From: Vampirovibrionales bacterium
GTDB taxonomy: Bacteria > Cyanobacteriota > Vampirovibrionia > Vampirovibrionales > JAJTHC01
Length of the DNA stretch: 64,000 bases
NCBI GenBank assembly: GCA_044346175.1
Contig: JBIIZQ010000008.1
Span: 3,160-67,159 of the forward strand
Direction of reading: 5' to 3'
A program made the translations under genes and the position numbers. Of this stretch, positions 19,709 to 28,700 are shown piece after piece. Below the pieces are notes generated by a model that made no database searches, had not been told where the DNA came from, and saw only the letters and a program-made list of their open reading frames with translations. The stretch's first letter is position 1. Each line of letters starts with the position of its first letter.

Positions 19709-20641
19709 ATGGTTGGACGTGTGAACTCTACGATGATTGCCATGAACAGCATTCGTCATTTGCGTGACCAGCTTTCGGGGTTGAGTCAATCGCAAGAACA
19801 ACTTTCCACCAATAAAAAAGTTAATCGACCCAGTGATGACCCCGTGGGGATGACTCGTGTGGGGGACTTAACCAATACCTTACGTTTTGATGAACGCTTT
19901 CTTGCAAATGTCCAGCAAGGACAATCTGAATTAAAGTCTGTGGATGAGCTGATGAATAACTTACAAGATGTTGCACAACGTGCTTTGGAGCTTGCAACAC
20001 AAGGTAGTAACTTAACCCTCAATGCCACCAACAGACTGACCATGTCTCAAGAAATTGACCAACTCATTAACCAAGCCATTCAGGTAGGGAATACCAATTT
20101 GGCGGGGAAACACCTCATGAGTGGCTTCAGAACCGACACCGTACCTTTCACTCGTGCAGGGGATGCCGTCGCCTTTGCTGGGTCAGTACCAGGGAGTTCG
20201 GCACGTATGATTAGTGTCTCTGAAAACACCACGGTACAGGTGAATATCAATGGTCAAGATGTGTTGGGGTTTGTCACTGTGGATGGTTCGGGTGTGGTGA
20301 ATGGTGGTTCAGGCTTATTACGAACCCTCATGAGCCTGAAACAAGACCTTGCAAACAATAATGTGACGGGTGTACAAACACGCCTAGACCAGCTCCATAC
20401 CGATATCAATACGCTTAACCTACAACAGGGACAGGCTGCAGGTAATCTGGCACGACTGAACCAAATTCAGGAGCGGATTGAGTCTCGGAAGGATAGTTTA
20501 ACCGAGGAGTATGCCGCTATTGTCAATATCGATGTTGCAGAGGTTATGAGCAGGATGCGTCAGCAGGAGGCTACTTACCAAGCCTCTTTAACGGCGGTGA
20601 GTCGTTTGAATAGCATGTCACTCTTTGACTATATTCGTTAG
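19709..20641 (+). CDS. flgL: Flagellar hook-associated protein 3
   Basis: QLSTNKKVNRPSDDPV at the N-terminus; YQASL......MSLFDYIR at the C-terminus; follows flgK; GAGGAG RBS. Confidence 0.95.
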   Translation: MVGRVNSTMIAMNSIRHLRDQLSGLSQSQEQLSTNKKVNRPSDDPVGMTRVGDLTNTLRFDERFLANVQQGQSELKSVDELMNNLQDVAQRALELATQGSNLTLNATNRLTMSQEIDQLINQAIQVGNTNLAGKHLMSGFRTDTVPFTRAGDAVAFAGSVPGSSARMISVSENTTVQVNINGQDVLGFVTVDGSGVVNGGSGLLRTLMSLKQDLANNNVTGVQTRLDQLHTDINTLNLQQGQAAGNLARLNQIQERIESRKDSLTEEYAAIVNIDVAEVMSRMRQQEATYQASLTAVSRLNSMSLFDYIR

Positions 20642-20778
20642 CTACTATAGGATAGGGAGAAGGTGCATAGACTTATCTCTTCACCTTTCCTTGCCTTATC
20701 TTACTTATACGCACACATGTTATTGATGCTTCTCTTACACGATTCTCTCACGCTATCCTATCACACGCCCCTTTCCTC

Positions 20779-22467
20779 ATGAACGCTCCACACAATACGC
20801 TTCGTCAAGCTTGGCAACAAGTGACGACCCCTTTCGATGCTTCACAAAGCTTTACCCCGCTCTACACAGACATGCAAACTGAAGGTCTTCCTAACCCTAC
20901 TCTTTGTGCTTGGAACACCACTTTAGCACACGCTCTTGATTTGCCTAAGACCCTCCCTGAAGCTCACGATACCCTTACGCCCTACCTCAGTGGTAATCAT
21001 CCTTGGCACCCTCAAGGGGGATATGCCACGGTGTATGCAGGGCATCAGTTTGGACATTTTGTACCACAATTAGGCGATGGTCGCGCCTTTTGGGTGAACG
21101 AATTGCCACTTAAACCCACGCAAGAGGCACACGCTTTACAGATGTTTGCACTGCCAACGAGTTATCCTACTGTGGAACTTCAGTTGAAAGGTGCAGGTGA
21201 TACGCCCTACTCACGCCGTGCTGATGGTCGTGCTGTGTTACGTTCCAGTATCCGAGAGTACCTTGCCAGTGAAGCCATGGCGGGTTTAGGTATACCCACC
21301 ACACGAGCCTTAGCCTTGGTTGTGGATAGACATTACCCAGTCTATCGTGAAGAAACAGAACAAGCGGCTGTACTTACCCGTGTGGCACCAAGCTTTTTGA
21401 GATTCGGGCATGCTGAATTTTATTACTACAATGGACAACATCACGCCCTAAAAGCCTTACTAACGCTTGTGATACGCACCTACTATCCTGAACTTTTGCG
21501 TGGTGAAGGGCTATTGGACACTGAACCCACATCCCCCCGCTTTGAACAGGCTTTCCCCACCTTATGCCAAGCCCTTGCACTGCGGGTTGCAGAAAGAACA
21601 GCCACCCTCATGGCAGACTGGCAAAGTGTAGGGTTTTGCCATGGTGTGATGAATACCGATAACTTTAGTGTGCTTGGACTCACTTTGGATTATGGCCCTT
21701 ATGGCTTTATGGATGGCTTTGATTTGGGGCATATTTGCAATCATAGCGATACGTCAGGACGGTATGCTTATCATCAACAACCTGTGATAGGGATGTGGAA
21801 CGTGATGAAATTTGCCCAGTGTTTAGTACCCTTTTTAACAGATGTCCAGAAAGAAACCTTTGAAGATACCCTCCTACACTACTATCAAAAAGTGTACATC
21901 AAGGCTTTTGAAGCTCGCTTTGCAGCCAAGCTCGGGCTACGTACTTGGCTGCCTGAAACGGATACTCGACTCCTTCAAGAGTTATTACACGCACTGGATA
22001 CTCAGCACTTGGATATGACCTTATTCTTTAGAGGGCTGGGTGAGATGCAACCTTTACTCCACCACACGATTGACACCACAGAGGCTTTCATCCAAGGAAT
22101 TCATGAGGCTTGGGCAAGTTGGTTAAAGCCGAACTTAAAGGGGAAGCCTTTTCAAGAGCAAATGACGATTTGGCTACAAGCGTATCAAGCACGGGTTTAT
22201 CAAGAAACCACACAACAGGCAACGGATTCCCTGCCATTAACCCCAGAAGGTCGACGTGAGACCATGCACAAGGTGAATCCTTTGTATGTATGTAGAAATT
22301 ATCTTGCCCAAGAGGCGATTCAAGCAGCTGAACAAGATAACTGGCAACCTTTCCATACTTTGTTAGATTGTTTAAATCAGCCCTTTACCGTAAACCCACA
22401 GGCAACGCATCAAGCTGATTATCCGCCCCAGTGGAGCCAACGTATTGCGGTAAGTTGTTCTTCCTAG
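20779..22467 (+). CDS. selO: Protein adenylyltransferase SelO/YdiU
   Basis: YAGHQFG...QLGDGRA, QLKGAG.TPYSRRADGRAVLRSSIREYL, HGVMNTDN, C-terminal SCSS. Confidence 0.95.
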   Translation: MNAPHNTLRQAWQQVTTPFDASQSFTPLYTDMQTEGLPNPTLCAWNTTLAHALDLPKTLPEAHDTLTPYLSGNHPWHPQGGYATVYAGHQFGHFVPQLGDGRAFWVNELPLKPTQEAHALQMFALPTSYPTVELQLKGAGDTPYSRRADGRAVLRSSIREYLASEAMAGLGIPTTRALALVVDRHYPVYREETEQAAVLTRVAPSFLRFGHAEFYYYNGQHHALKALLTLVIRTYYPELLRGEGLLDTEPTSPRFEQAFPTLCQALALRVAERTATLMADWQSVGFCHGVMNTDNFSVLGLTLDYGPYGFMDGFDLGHICNHSDTSGRYAYHQQPVIGMWNVMKFAQCLVPFLTDVQKETFEDTLLHYYQKVYIKAFEARFAAKLGLRTWLPETDTRLLQELLHALDTQHLDMTLFFRGLGEMQPLLHHTIDTTEAFIQGIHEAWASWLKPNLKGKPFQEQMTIWLQAYQARVYQETTQQATDSLPLTPEGRRETMHKVNPLYVCRNYLAQEAIQAAEQDNWQPFHTLLDCLNQPFTVNPQATHQADYPPQWSQRIAVSCSS

Positions 22468-22736
22468 GCTGTGTGGCTTTGGCTGTGTGGCGTTGATGGA
22501 TAGCGTAAGCCGATTTCCATACTAGAACCTACGCTTCTTGGTACACGGTTTTTTCTCTAAAGCGGACCTATCACGGATAGCATCGTGTATTGAGGGGAGC
22601 TAAGTCTTGCTGTTGCTTCAGAAAAAGGGGGGGGGGTCGAATGTATAGTGTAATAGTGTTCACCCTTTGAGGTGTTTCTCCTTATGTAACTGCTTGCATT
22701 AAGCGATATCCCCTTGTTTAGGATGGGAAATATGCC

Positions 22737-23654
22737 ATGATGATGTTGTGTGCATCTCAATCAGCCCCACCCCCTCAGAAGCCTTCTATTGACGAGATTA
22801 TTAGTCGTTTTGAGAATGCCTCTCCACCTCCTACGGCGCTCATGCAGGTGTTAAATCTGATGGAGCGTCCTGAGGTGAGTGCTGAGGACCTTGCAGAGGT
22901 GATTCGGAACGACCAACGTTTAACGGCTGTTCTTTTAAAACTGTGTAATAGTGCGGCGTATGGGCTATCCAAAAAAATTGAAACGATTCAAAACGCTGTC
23001 GCTATTTTAGGTTTTAAGACCCTAAAGAGTTTGGTCTATTCTATGTTGAGTCATTCCACGTTGAACAAACCTCTTGACGGTTATGGACTTGATTCAGGGG
23101 CATTATGGACCAATGCACTTACGGGTGCTTTGTTTGCGAAAGCCTTGTCAAAAAAACATCAGTGGGCTGACCCAGAAGTCGCTTTTACGGCTGGTTTGCT
23201 CAGAGACATGGGTAAACTTGCTCTCAATGATTACGTAGGCGAAGAAACCAAGAGTATCGAGCAGGCTGCTCGCCGTGACCAAGGTGGGTATGACCATGCG
23301 GAAGCCAGCGTGTTTGGTATTGACCATGCCGAATTGGGCTATGAAATTGCCAAAAAATGGCAATTGCCAGAATCCTTATGTATGGCCATTCGATACCATC
23401 ATCATCCGAAGCGCTTGCGTGATGAGAATCCTTCAAAAGAAGCCCTGAAAGTTGTTTCGATTGTCCATTTGGCTGATATTCTAACAGTCATGATAGGTTA
23501 TGGTGTAGGTTCAGACGGGTTAATGTACACCCTTGATGAAACGATTATGGACACGCTTCAGTTTGAACTCACGCCTTTGTGGCTTGAAACAACAGTCTCT
23601 GAATTGAGTGTCTGTCAGGCTGAAGCCAATGCGTTTAAACAAGCGTTAACCTAA
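22737..23654 (+). CDS. HDOD domain signal-transduction protein
   Basis: I.ND..LTA.LLKL.NSA.YG...KI.TI..AV.ILG; AGLLRDMGK; DHAELG..IA.KW.LP; IRYHHHP. Confidence 0.93.
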   Translation: MMMLCASQSAPPPQKPSIDEIISRFENASPPPTALMQVLNLMERPEVSAEDLAEVIRNDQRLTAVLLKLCNSAAYGLSKKIETIQNAVAILGFKTLKSLVYSMLSHSTLNKPLDGYGLDSGALWTNALTGALFAKALSKKHQWADPEVAFTAGLLRDMGKLALNDYVGEETKSIEQAARRDQGGYDHAEASVFGIDHAELGYEIAKKWQLPESLCMAIRYHHHPKRLRDENPSKEALKVVSIVHLADILTVMIGYGVGSDGLMYTLDETIMDTLQFELTPLWLETTVSELSVCQAEANAFKQALT

Positions 23655-23763
23655 ACCTAGTGTGCTGCCAGTGTTGTGCCAATGTGTTTTCTCTCTATGA
23701 ACTCCTGTCCATCTCAATCAGACCAATCCCTAAACTCCCTCCCAATTCATTGAGTGTTTTAAG

Positions 23764-24333
23764 ATGATGCTGTGTGCTGCTACCACTTCAGAAAACCAAA
23801 AAGTGCTTGAGGCTCAAGAAATTCTGCCTTCACAGCTCATCGTGGTACCACAGGATACACAAGCTGAGGGTCAATTTTGGCATGTGCCTTCTTTGGCAAC
23901 AGGGCTGGTGGTAGTAGGGTTTACGCGCTTGCCACGGGTGATAGCCGTGGGGCATTTTACCTTGCCAGATAGTAAGCTTCTTGGTGAAAGTTTTTCAGAG
24001 CAGGAACCTGCCAAGTTTATTGACCTTGGGATTCCTCATTTGCTGGAACTGATTCAAAAACAACAGCAAGGGCTAACCCCCGAAGGACCCCATTCCCCCG
24101 TATTGTTCAAACTGATTGGAGGGTCGCAATTGTTCCAATTTGGTGGTGGGGCGGGTAATCCGCTCAATATCGGTACAAGGAATGCGATTGCGTCTCGTGC
24201 AACCCTTGGTAAGCTTGGGAAGATGGTGATTGCAGCCGATGTAGGCGGCAATAAAGCCCGTAAAGTCACCATTGAACCTGCCTCAGGTATCATTACGGTT
24301 GAGGAAATCGGCGGTCGTAAAATTACCCTATAA
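23764..24333 (+). CDS. cheD: CheD-like protein lacking the catalytic Cys
   Basis: GHFTLP, PAKF.D, KLIGG.Q.F, NIGTRN, A.DVGG..RKV motifs; the LGSCV motif is replaced by LATGL. Confidence 0.8.
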   Translation: MMLCAATTSENQKVLEAQEILPSQLIVVPQDTQAEGQFWHVPSLATGLVVVGFTRLPRVIAVGHFTLPDSKLLGESFSEQEPAKFIDLGIPHLLELIQKQQQGLTPEGPHSPVLFKLIGGSQLFQFGGGAGNPLNIGTRNAIASRATLGKLGKMVIAADVGGNKARKVTIEPASGIITVEEIGGRKITL

Positions 24334-25422
24334 GCCGTAAAGGGTTTTGGCAGCTTGTGCAAGCGTGGGGGCAGCATAGGTAATAATGCCTGTAGCACCT
24401 GCACGCCGCATGCCCACAGCCATTTCCCAATGAAGGGCAGGAGCATCCAACCAGCCACGTTCACCTGCGGCTTCCACCATGCTGTATTCTCCGCTTACAC
24501 TGTAGGCAATGATGGGGAGGTTGGTTTCTGTAGCCGCACATGCGATGAGGTCTAGGCAACTTAATGCTGGTTTTATAATCAGTGCATCGGCACCTTCTTC
24601 CACGTCGAGCGCAAGCTCTCGGGAGGCTTCTTTACGGTTGGCAAAGTCCATCTGGTACGTTTTTCGGTCGCCAAAGCTTGGGGCGGAACAGGCTGCATCT
24701 CGGAAAGGACCATAAAACGCCGAAGCATGTTTCACACTGTAACTGATAATGCCCACGTGAGGGAAGCCAGCCGTATCCAGAGCATGGCGTATCGCCGCAA
24801 CCCGTCCATCCATCATGTCAGAAGGGGCAACAAAATCGGCTCCTGCTTGGGCTTGAGCCACGGCGACCCGTCCGAGCTGCACCAGTGCGGCATCGTTATC
24901 AACGCTTTGGGTACTTTCACACAAAGGCCCACAATGCCCATGACGTGTGTAGCCACATAGGCATGTGTCAGCCCATAGGGTAATGTCATGTCCGAAGCGG
25001 GCTTTTAAGTGCCTAATTGCCTGCTGTACGCCCGCATTACCGTCGTAAGCATGGGTGCCAAGGTCATCTTTGTGTGCGTTATCCACTACGCCAAAAAGTA
25101 AAAAAGTACGAACCCCTAAGGCTTGCAGGCGTATTACTTCAGCTTCAAGGGAGGCAAGGGGGTACTGAAACACATGGGGCATACTTGCTACAGGGCTAGG
25201 ACTTGTAAGATGCGGTGCCACAAACAGCGGGTATACGAGATGCTGGGGTAGAAGGATGGTTTCAGACATAAAGGCCCGCATGGCTTGTGAACGGCGCCAT
25301 CGACGAGGACGTGCAATCAGTGTGGGCGTATCGTGCAAGTTGGGTAGGTTGGACATACCTGCCTGACAAGACACAGGAGAAACATCGCTGAATGGGGTAC
25401 TGTGCATAGGTAAGGTACTCAC
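24328..25422 (-). CDS. hemB: Porphobilinogen synthase
   Basis: RPRRWRR, DTCLCGYT.HGHCG (Zn type), APSDMMDGR, FYGPFRDA, IKPA, YSVSGEY. Confidence 0.96.
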   Translation of the reverse strand: MSTLPMHSTPFSDVSPVSCQAGMSNLPNLHDTPTLIARPRRWRRSQAMRAFMSETILLPQHLVYPLFVAPHLTSPSPVASMPHVFQYPLASLEAEVIRLQALGVRTFLLFGVVDNAHKDDLGTHAYDGNAGVQQAIRHLKARFGHDITLWADTCLCGYTRHGHCGPLCESTQSVDNDAALVQLGRVAVAQAQAGADFVAPSDMMDGRVAAIRHALDTAGFPHVGIISYSVKHASAFYGPFRDAACSAPSFGDRKTYQMDFANRKEASRELALDVEEGADALIIKPALSCLDLIACAATETNLPIIAYSVSGEYSMVEAAGERGWLDAPALHWEMAVGMRRAGATGIITYAAPTLAQAAKTLYGL

Positions 25423-25733
25423 TGAAAAAGTAGCGTGACGTAACGAGGAGGCTGGTATCTTTTAGGTTATAGTGTTAGAGGGGTAATGAGGCAAAGTCAA
25501 GCGTATTGATTCTGATACTACCATAAAGATAGTGTCCTCCATGAGACACGTGCTGCTCCTTTGGGGCAATTGCGTAAGGCTTCAAGGGTTTTGAAGACGA
25601 GTTTATGCTATACTTTGTAAGGTTAGCGGTCGTTATACGTTTCTAGTTTCTAGGCTTGCGTCCTAGTTTCTCACGACCCTCTTTTCCGTAAGCTTCGTTT
25701 GTATTACCGCTTAAAGCTCCCCTTTCACTCGCC

Positions 25734-26813
25734 ATGTTCAGCACGCCCTCTTCATCAGCTACCCAAGCATTAACACAGTCTCTTCAACCACAACGGTATT
25801 TTCAGGACCTCATTGCCTCCCTCAACCTGTACTGGGCAAACAAGGGCTGTGTCATTTTGCAACCTTACGACACTGAAAAAGGGGCTTCCACCATGAACCC
25901 CGCCACATTCCTGCGGGTGTTAGGGGAAGGGGCTTGGAACGTAGCGATGGTAGAACCTTGCAGAAGACCAACCGATGGGCGTTATGGTGAAAACCCTAAC
26001 CGTCTTCAGCACTACTTTCAGTATCAGGTGATTATGAAACCCGCACCAGCAACCATTCAACAGGACTACCTCGACAGCTTGGCCGTACTGGGTATTGACC
26101 CCTCCTTACACGACATTCGTTTTGTAGAGGATAATTGGGAATCCCCCACGCTAGGTGCTTGGGGTGTGGGCTGGGAAGTATGGTTGAATGGGATGGAAAT
26201 TACACAGTTTACCTATTTCCAGCAAGTGGGTGCTGTGGAAGTGGCACCTACTCCTGTTGAAATCACTTACGGATGCGAGCGTTTGGCGATGTATCTGCAG
26301 GGTGTAGACAGTGTGTATGATTTGCAATGGAACGCCACGATGACCTACGGCGAAGTATACCTCCGTAGTGAGATTGAACAGTCTCACTATAACTTTAGCT
26401 TTTCCTCACCTGAGCGTTTACGCACCATGTTTCAGTGTCACTATGATGAGGCGGATGCTCTTCTGAGCCAAGGAGAGGCTCTTGCAAACGCACTGACCAC
26501 AAAGACGACCACCCATGACAAAACTTCACACACGGAAGCTACTCGTAACGAGAGCTTGTCTGACGCTTTTGCTCATAAGACTTTTCCAGGTTTAGGTGCC
26601 ATCCCTGCTTTTGACCATACCCTAAAATGTTCGCACATGTTTAACCTATTAGATGCCCGTGGTGCGATTAGTAAAGATGAGCGGACGCAACTTATTTTAA
26701 CGATTCGTTCCTTGGCTGAAAGAGTCGCTAAACTGTATATTCAATCCCCCGCCGTGGTACAAGCCCAAACGCTTACAGATAAGCCTGTTGTGTCCTGCGT
26801 CACGATTGCTTAA
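25734..26813 (+). CDS. glyQ: Glycine-tRNA ligase alpha subunit, with an insertion of about 40 aa
   Basis: [63 protein letters not shown]. Confidence 0.96.
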   Translation: MFSTPSSSATQALTQSLQPQRYFQDLIASLNLYWANKGCVILQPYDTEKGASTMNPATFLRVLGEGAWNVAMVEPCRRPTDGRYGENPNRLQHYFQYQVIMKPAPATIQQDYLDSLAVLGIDPSLHDIRFVEDNWESPTLGAWGVGWEVWLNGMEITQFTYFQQVGAVEVAPTPVEITYGCERLAMYLQGVDSVYDLQWNATMTYGEVYLRSEIEQSHYNFSFSSPERLRTMFQCHYDEADALLSQGEALANALTTKTTTHDKTSHTEATRNESLSDAFAHKTFPGLGAIPAFDHTLKCSHMFNLLDARGAISKDERTQLILTIRSLAERVAKLYIQSPAVVQAQTLTDKPVVSCVTIA

Positions 26814-26815
26814 AG

Positions 26816-27238
26816 ATGAATCTTTCCGAGGAAGCGATTTCTAAAATGTCAACGAGTACGCCTACTGTGAGTGAAAAGCCTCAAGGGAAACCTGCCCGTG
26901 GGGTGGGTCGTCCGAGAAGAAACCAACGCCATGACGAGCGGTCTTCACACTCATTTACCATGCGTCTTTCACCGAGTGAAATGGCTGATATTGAGACTTC
27001 TGCACGACTTGCTGGGATGACACGTTCGGAATTTATCCGTAGGCGTGTTTTGGGGCAGGACGTAAAGCCTCTCCAAGGGGCTGTGGAGTATCAATGGTTG
27101 CAAACACTCAAAGAACTCAAAACGATTTTAGCAACCGTCCCTGACCCAAGCCCTTGCCAAGAGACCCTGACCCTCGTCAATGACACCCTGAAGGCAACCT
27201 TGCAGCACTTGGCAAGCCAGAGTAAGCCTCTGGTGTAA
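26816..27238 (+). CDS. mobC: MobC/MbeC-like ribbon-helix-helix relaxosome accessory protein
   Basis: RS..FTMRLSPSE...I...A..AGMTRSEFIRRRVLG; lies directly before a relaxase. Confidence 0.8.
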   Translation: MNLSEEAISKMSTSTPTVSEKPQGKPARGVGRPRRNQRHDERSSHSFTMRLSPSEMADIETSARLAGMTRSEFIRRRVLGQDVKPLQGAVEYQWLQTLKELKTILATVPDPSPCQETLTLVNDTLKATLQHLASQSKPLV

Positions 27239-27279
27239 GTGTAGGGTGTGCCTATGGTAGATGCAAGGGAACCCTAAAA

Positions 27280-28689
27280 ATGATTATTCGTGTGGTTCGT
27301 GGGACAAGTTTTAAAGCCTGCTTGAAGTATTTACTTAAAAAGCCTCTTGCCAAGGTTCTCATGACGCACGGGCTTTTGGGAGAAACCCCTGAGGCTTGGT
27401 TATGGGAGTTTGAAGCAGAAGCCTATGACAGTACCAAGGTTATACTACCCGTGTATCACCTTGCCATTGCCTTGCATCCTCAGGATAATCCTAAAGCAAC
27501 CGACACCCTTTTTTGTGACCTTGCTCAAAGTATTGTGGAAGCCTTAGAGATTGCTCATCATCAATGGCTTTTAGTACGCCATTTTGATACCCCTCATGCC
27601 CATGTCCATTTAATGCTCAATCGGGTTTACCAAGGCAAAGCCACGTCACAGGAGTATGACCATACAAAACTCCAAGCCATTGCTAGAAACCTTGAAAATA
27701 CACATCAGTTGCAAGCACCCAAACACCGATTAACACCACAACAACTCAAACTTCCCAAAAAGTTCCAAACATCTGAAGGCTCTCAACCTCCAACGAAGCC
27801 TCCTGCACGTCAAACTTTAGGGCTAGGGGATGCCCTCCCCTCTTGGCAACCCTCCTGGAAGCCTTGGCAAAGGCTCCTGAAAGGGATTGCTTCTCAGCAG
27901 TATCAACAAGGGTGCCTGGGTTTTCCAAGTAAACTTGTACGTCCTGAAGCATTGAGTCAAGCCCTCATAGATGAGTTACAAAGTATGGTGCATCAACAGC
28001 TTTTGCCACTTTTGTACCAACAGTTATCCCCCCAACGCCTCCCTAATGCCATGGTACAGGCCTTGATGTACTGGATGCTTCAAGCACGTTTGCGAGGCTA
28101 TGCAACTTGGATTACTCGGGAAAAACAACAAGACAAAACGGTCCCTGATAGTGCTTGGCATGTGATGCACAATTTGGGTTGGCGACGAGATAGCCTTGCC
28201 AAGTTGTTGTGTCATACGATGCAATCTGACACTCAAAAAGCTGACACTGAAAAGGCTCTTCATGACACCCCTGAAAGCCTGTGGAAGATGACAACCACAC
28301 GTTTGGTAAGGTTACAGCATCGTGCGAGGAAAGCGGTTTTACCTCCTAAAAGACGTAAACCGTACATGATTGACTGGGGATTTCGGATTGGGCGTGCTGT
28401 GCATCGTTTCATGATGTTGGAAACCATGCGACATCAGCTAATACAGACCTCTCAAGAGGCTCGTCATGTCACAGCACCTCAGAGGCATGAGGCGGTTTTA
28501 CGACATTATCATCAAGCGATGCAACACGCTTATGGCCTGTGGGTGCATGGGGTGGTCTCAACGCAACATCCTTTGGTGGCTTGGGGAATGCCGATATGGT
28601 ACAAAACGCACTGGGGACAGCTCCCCGTGAGATACTGCTGGGCGATGCAACGCCTTATTGTAGAGGCTTGGCTGGCTCAGGTGTGTTAG
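27280..28689 (+). CDS. MOBP/VirD2-like HUH relaxase domain plus an unrecognised C-terminal region
   Basis: Motif I G.SF...LKYL; motif II VYHLAIALHP.D; motif III VRHFDTPHAHVHLMLNRV; LE..H.L domain end. Confidence 0.85.
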   Translation: MIIRVVRGTSFKACLKYLLKKPLAKVLMTHGLLGETPEAWLWEFEAEAYDSTKVILPVYHLAIALHPQDNPKATDTLFCDLAQSIVEALEIAHHQWLLVRHFDTPHAHVHLMLNRVYQGKATSQEYDHTKLQAIARNLENTHQLQAPKHRLTPQQLKLPKKFQTSEGSQPPTKPPARQTLGLGDALPSWQPSWKPWQRLLKGIASQQYQQGCLGFPSKLVRPEALSQALIDELQSMVHQQLLPLLYQQLSPQRLPNAMVQALMYWMLQARLRGYATWITREKQQDKTVPDSAWHVMHNLGWRRDSLAKLLCHTMQSDTQKADTEKALHDTPESLWKMTTTRLVRLQHRARKAVLPPKRRKPYMIDWGFRIGRAVHRFMMLETMRHQLIQTSQEARHVTAPQRHEAVLRHYHQAMQHAYGLWVHGVVSTQHPLVAWGMPIWYKTHWGQLPVRYCWAMQRLIVEAWLAQVC

Positions 28690-28700
28690 TGTGTTGCGTC

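Noticed and set aside
22450-22467. Selenocysteine recoding in SelO
   Set aside because: The C-terminus is SCSS followed by TAG, the ordinary bacterial form; no in-frame TGA.
26788-26800. GTCCTGC as an RP4/T-DNA-like nic site just before mobC (also ATATCCTG near 414 and 37827)
   Set aside because: Short matches inside coding sequence, expected by chance, with no adjacent inverted repeat.
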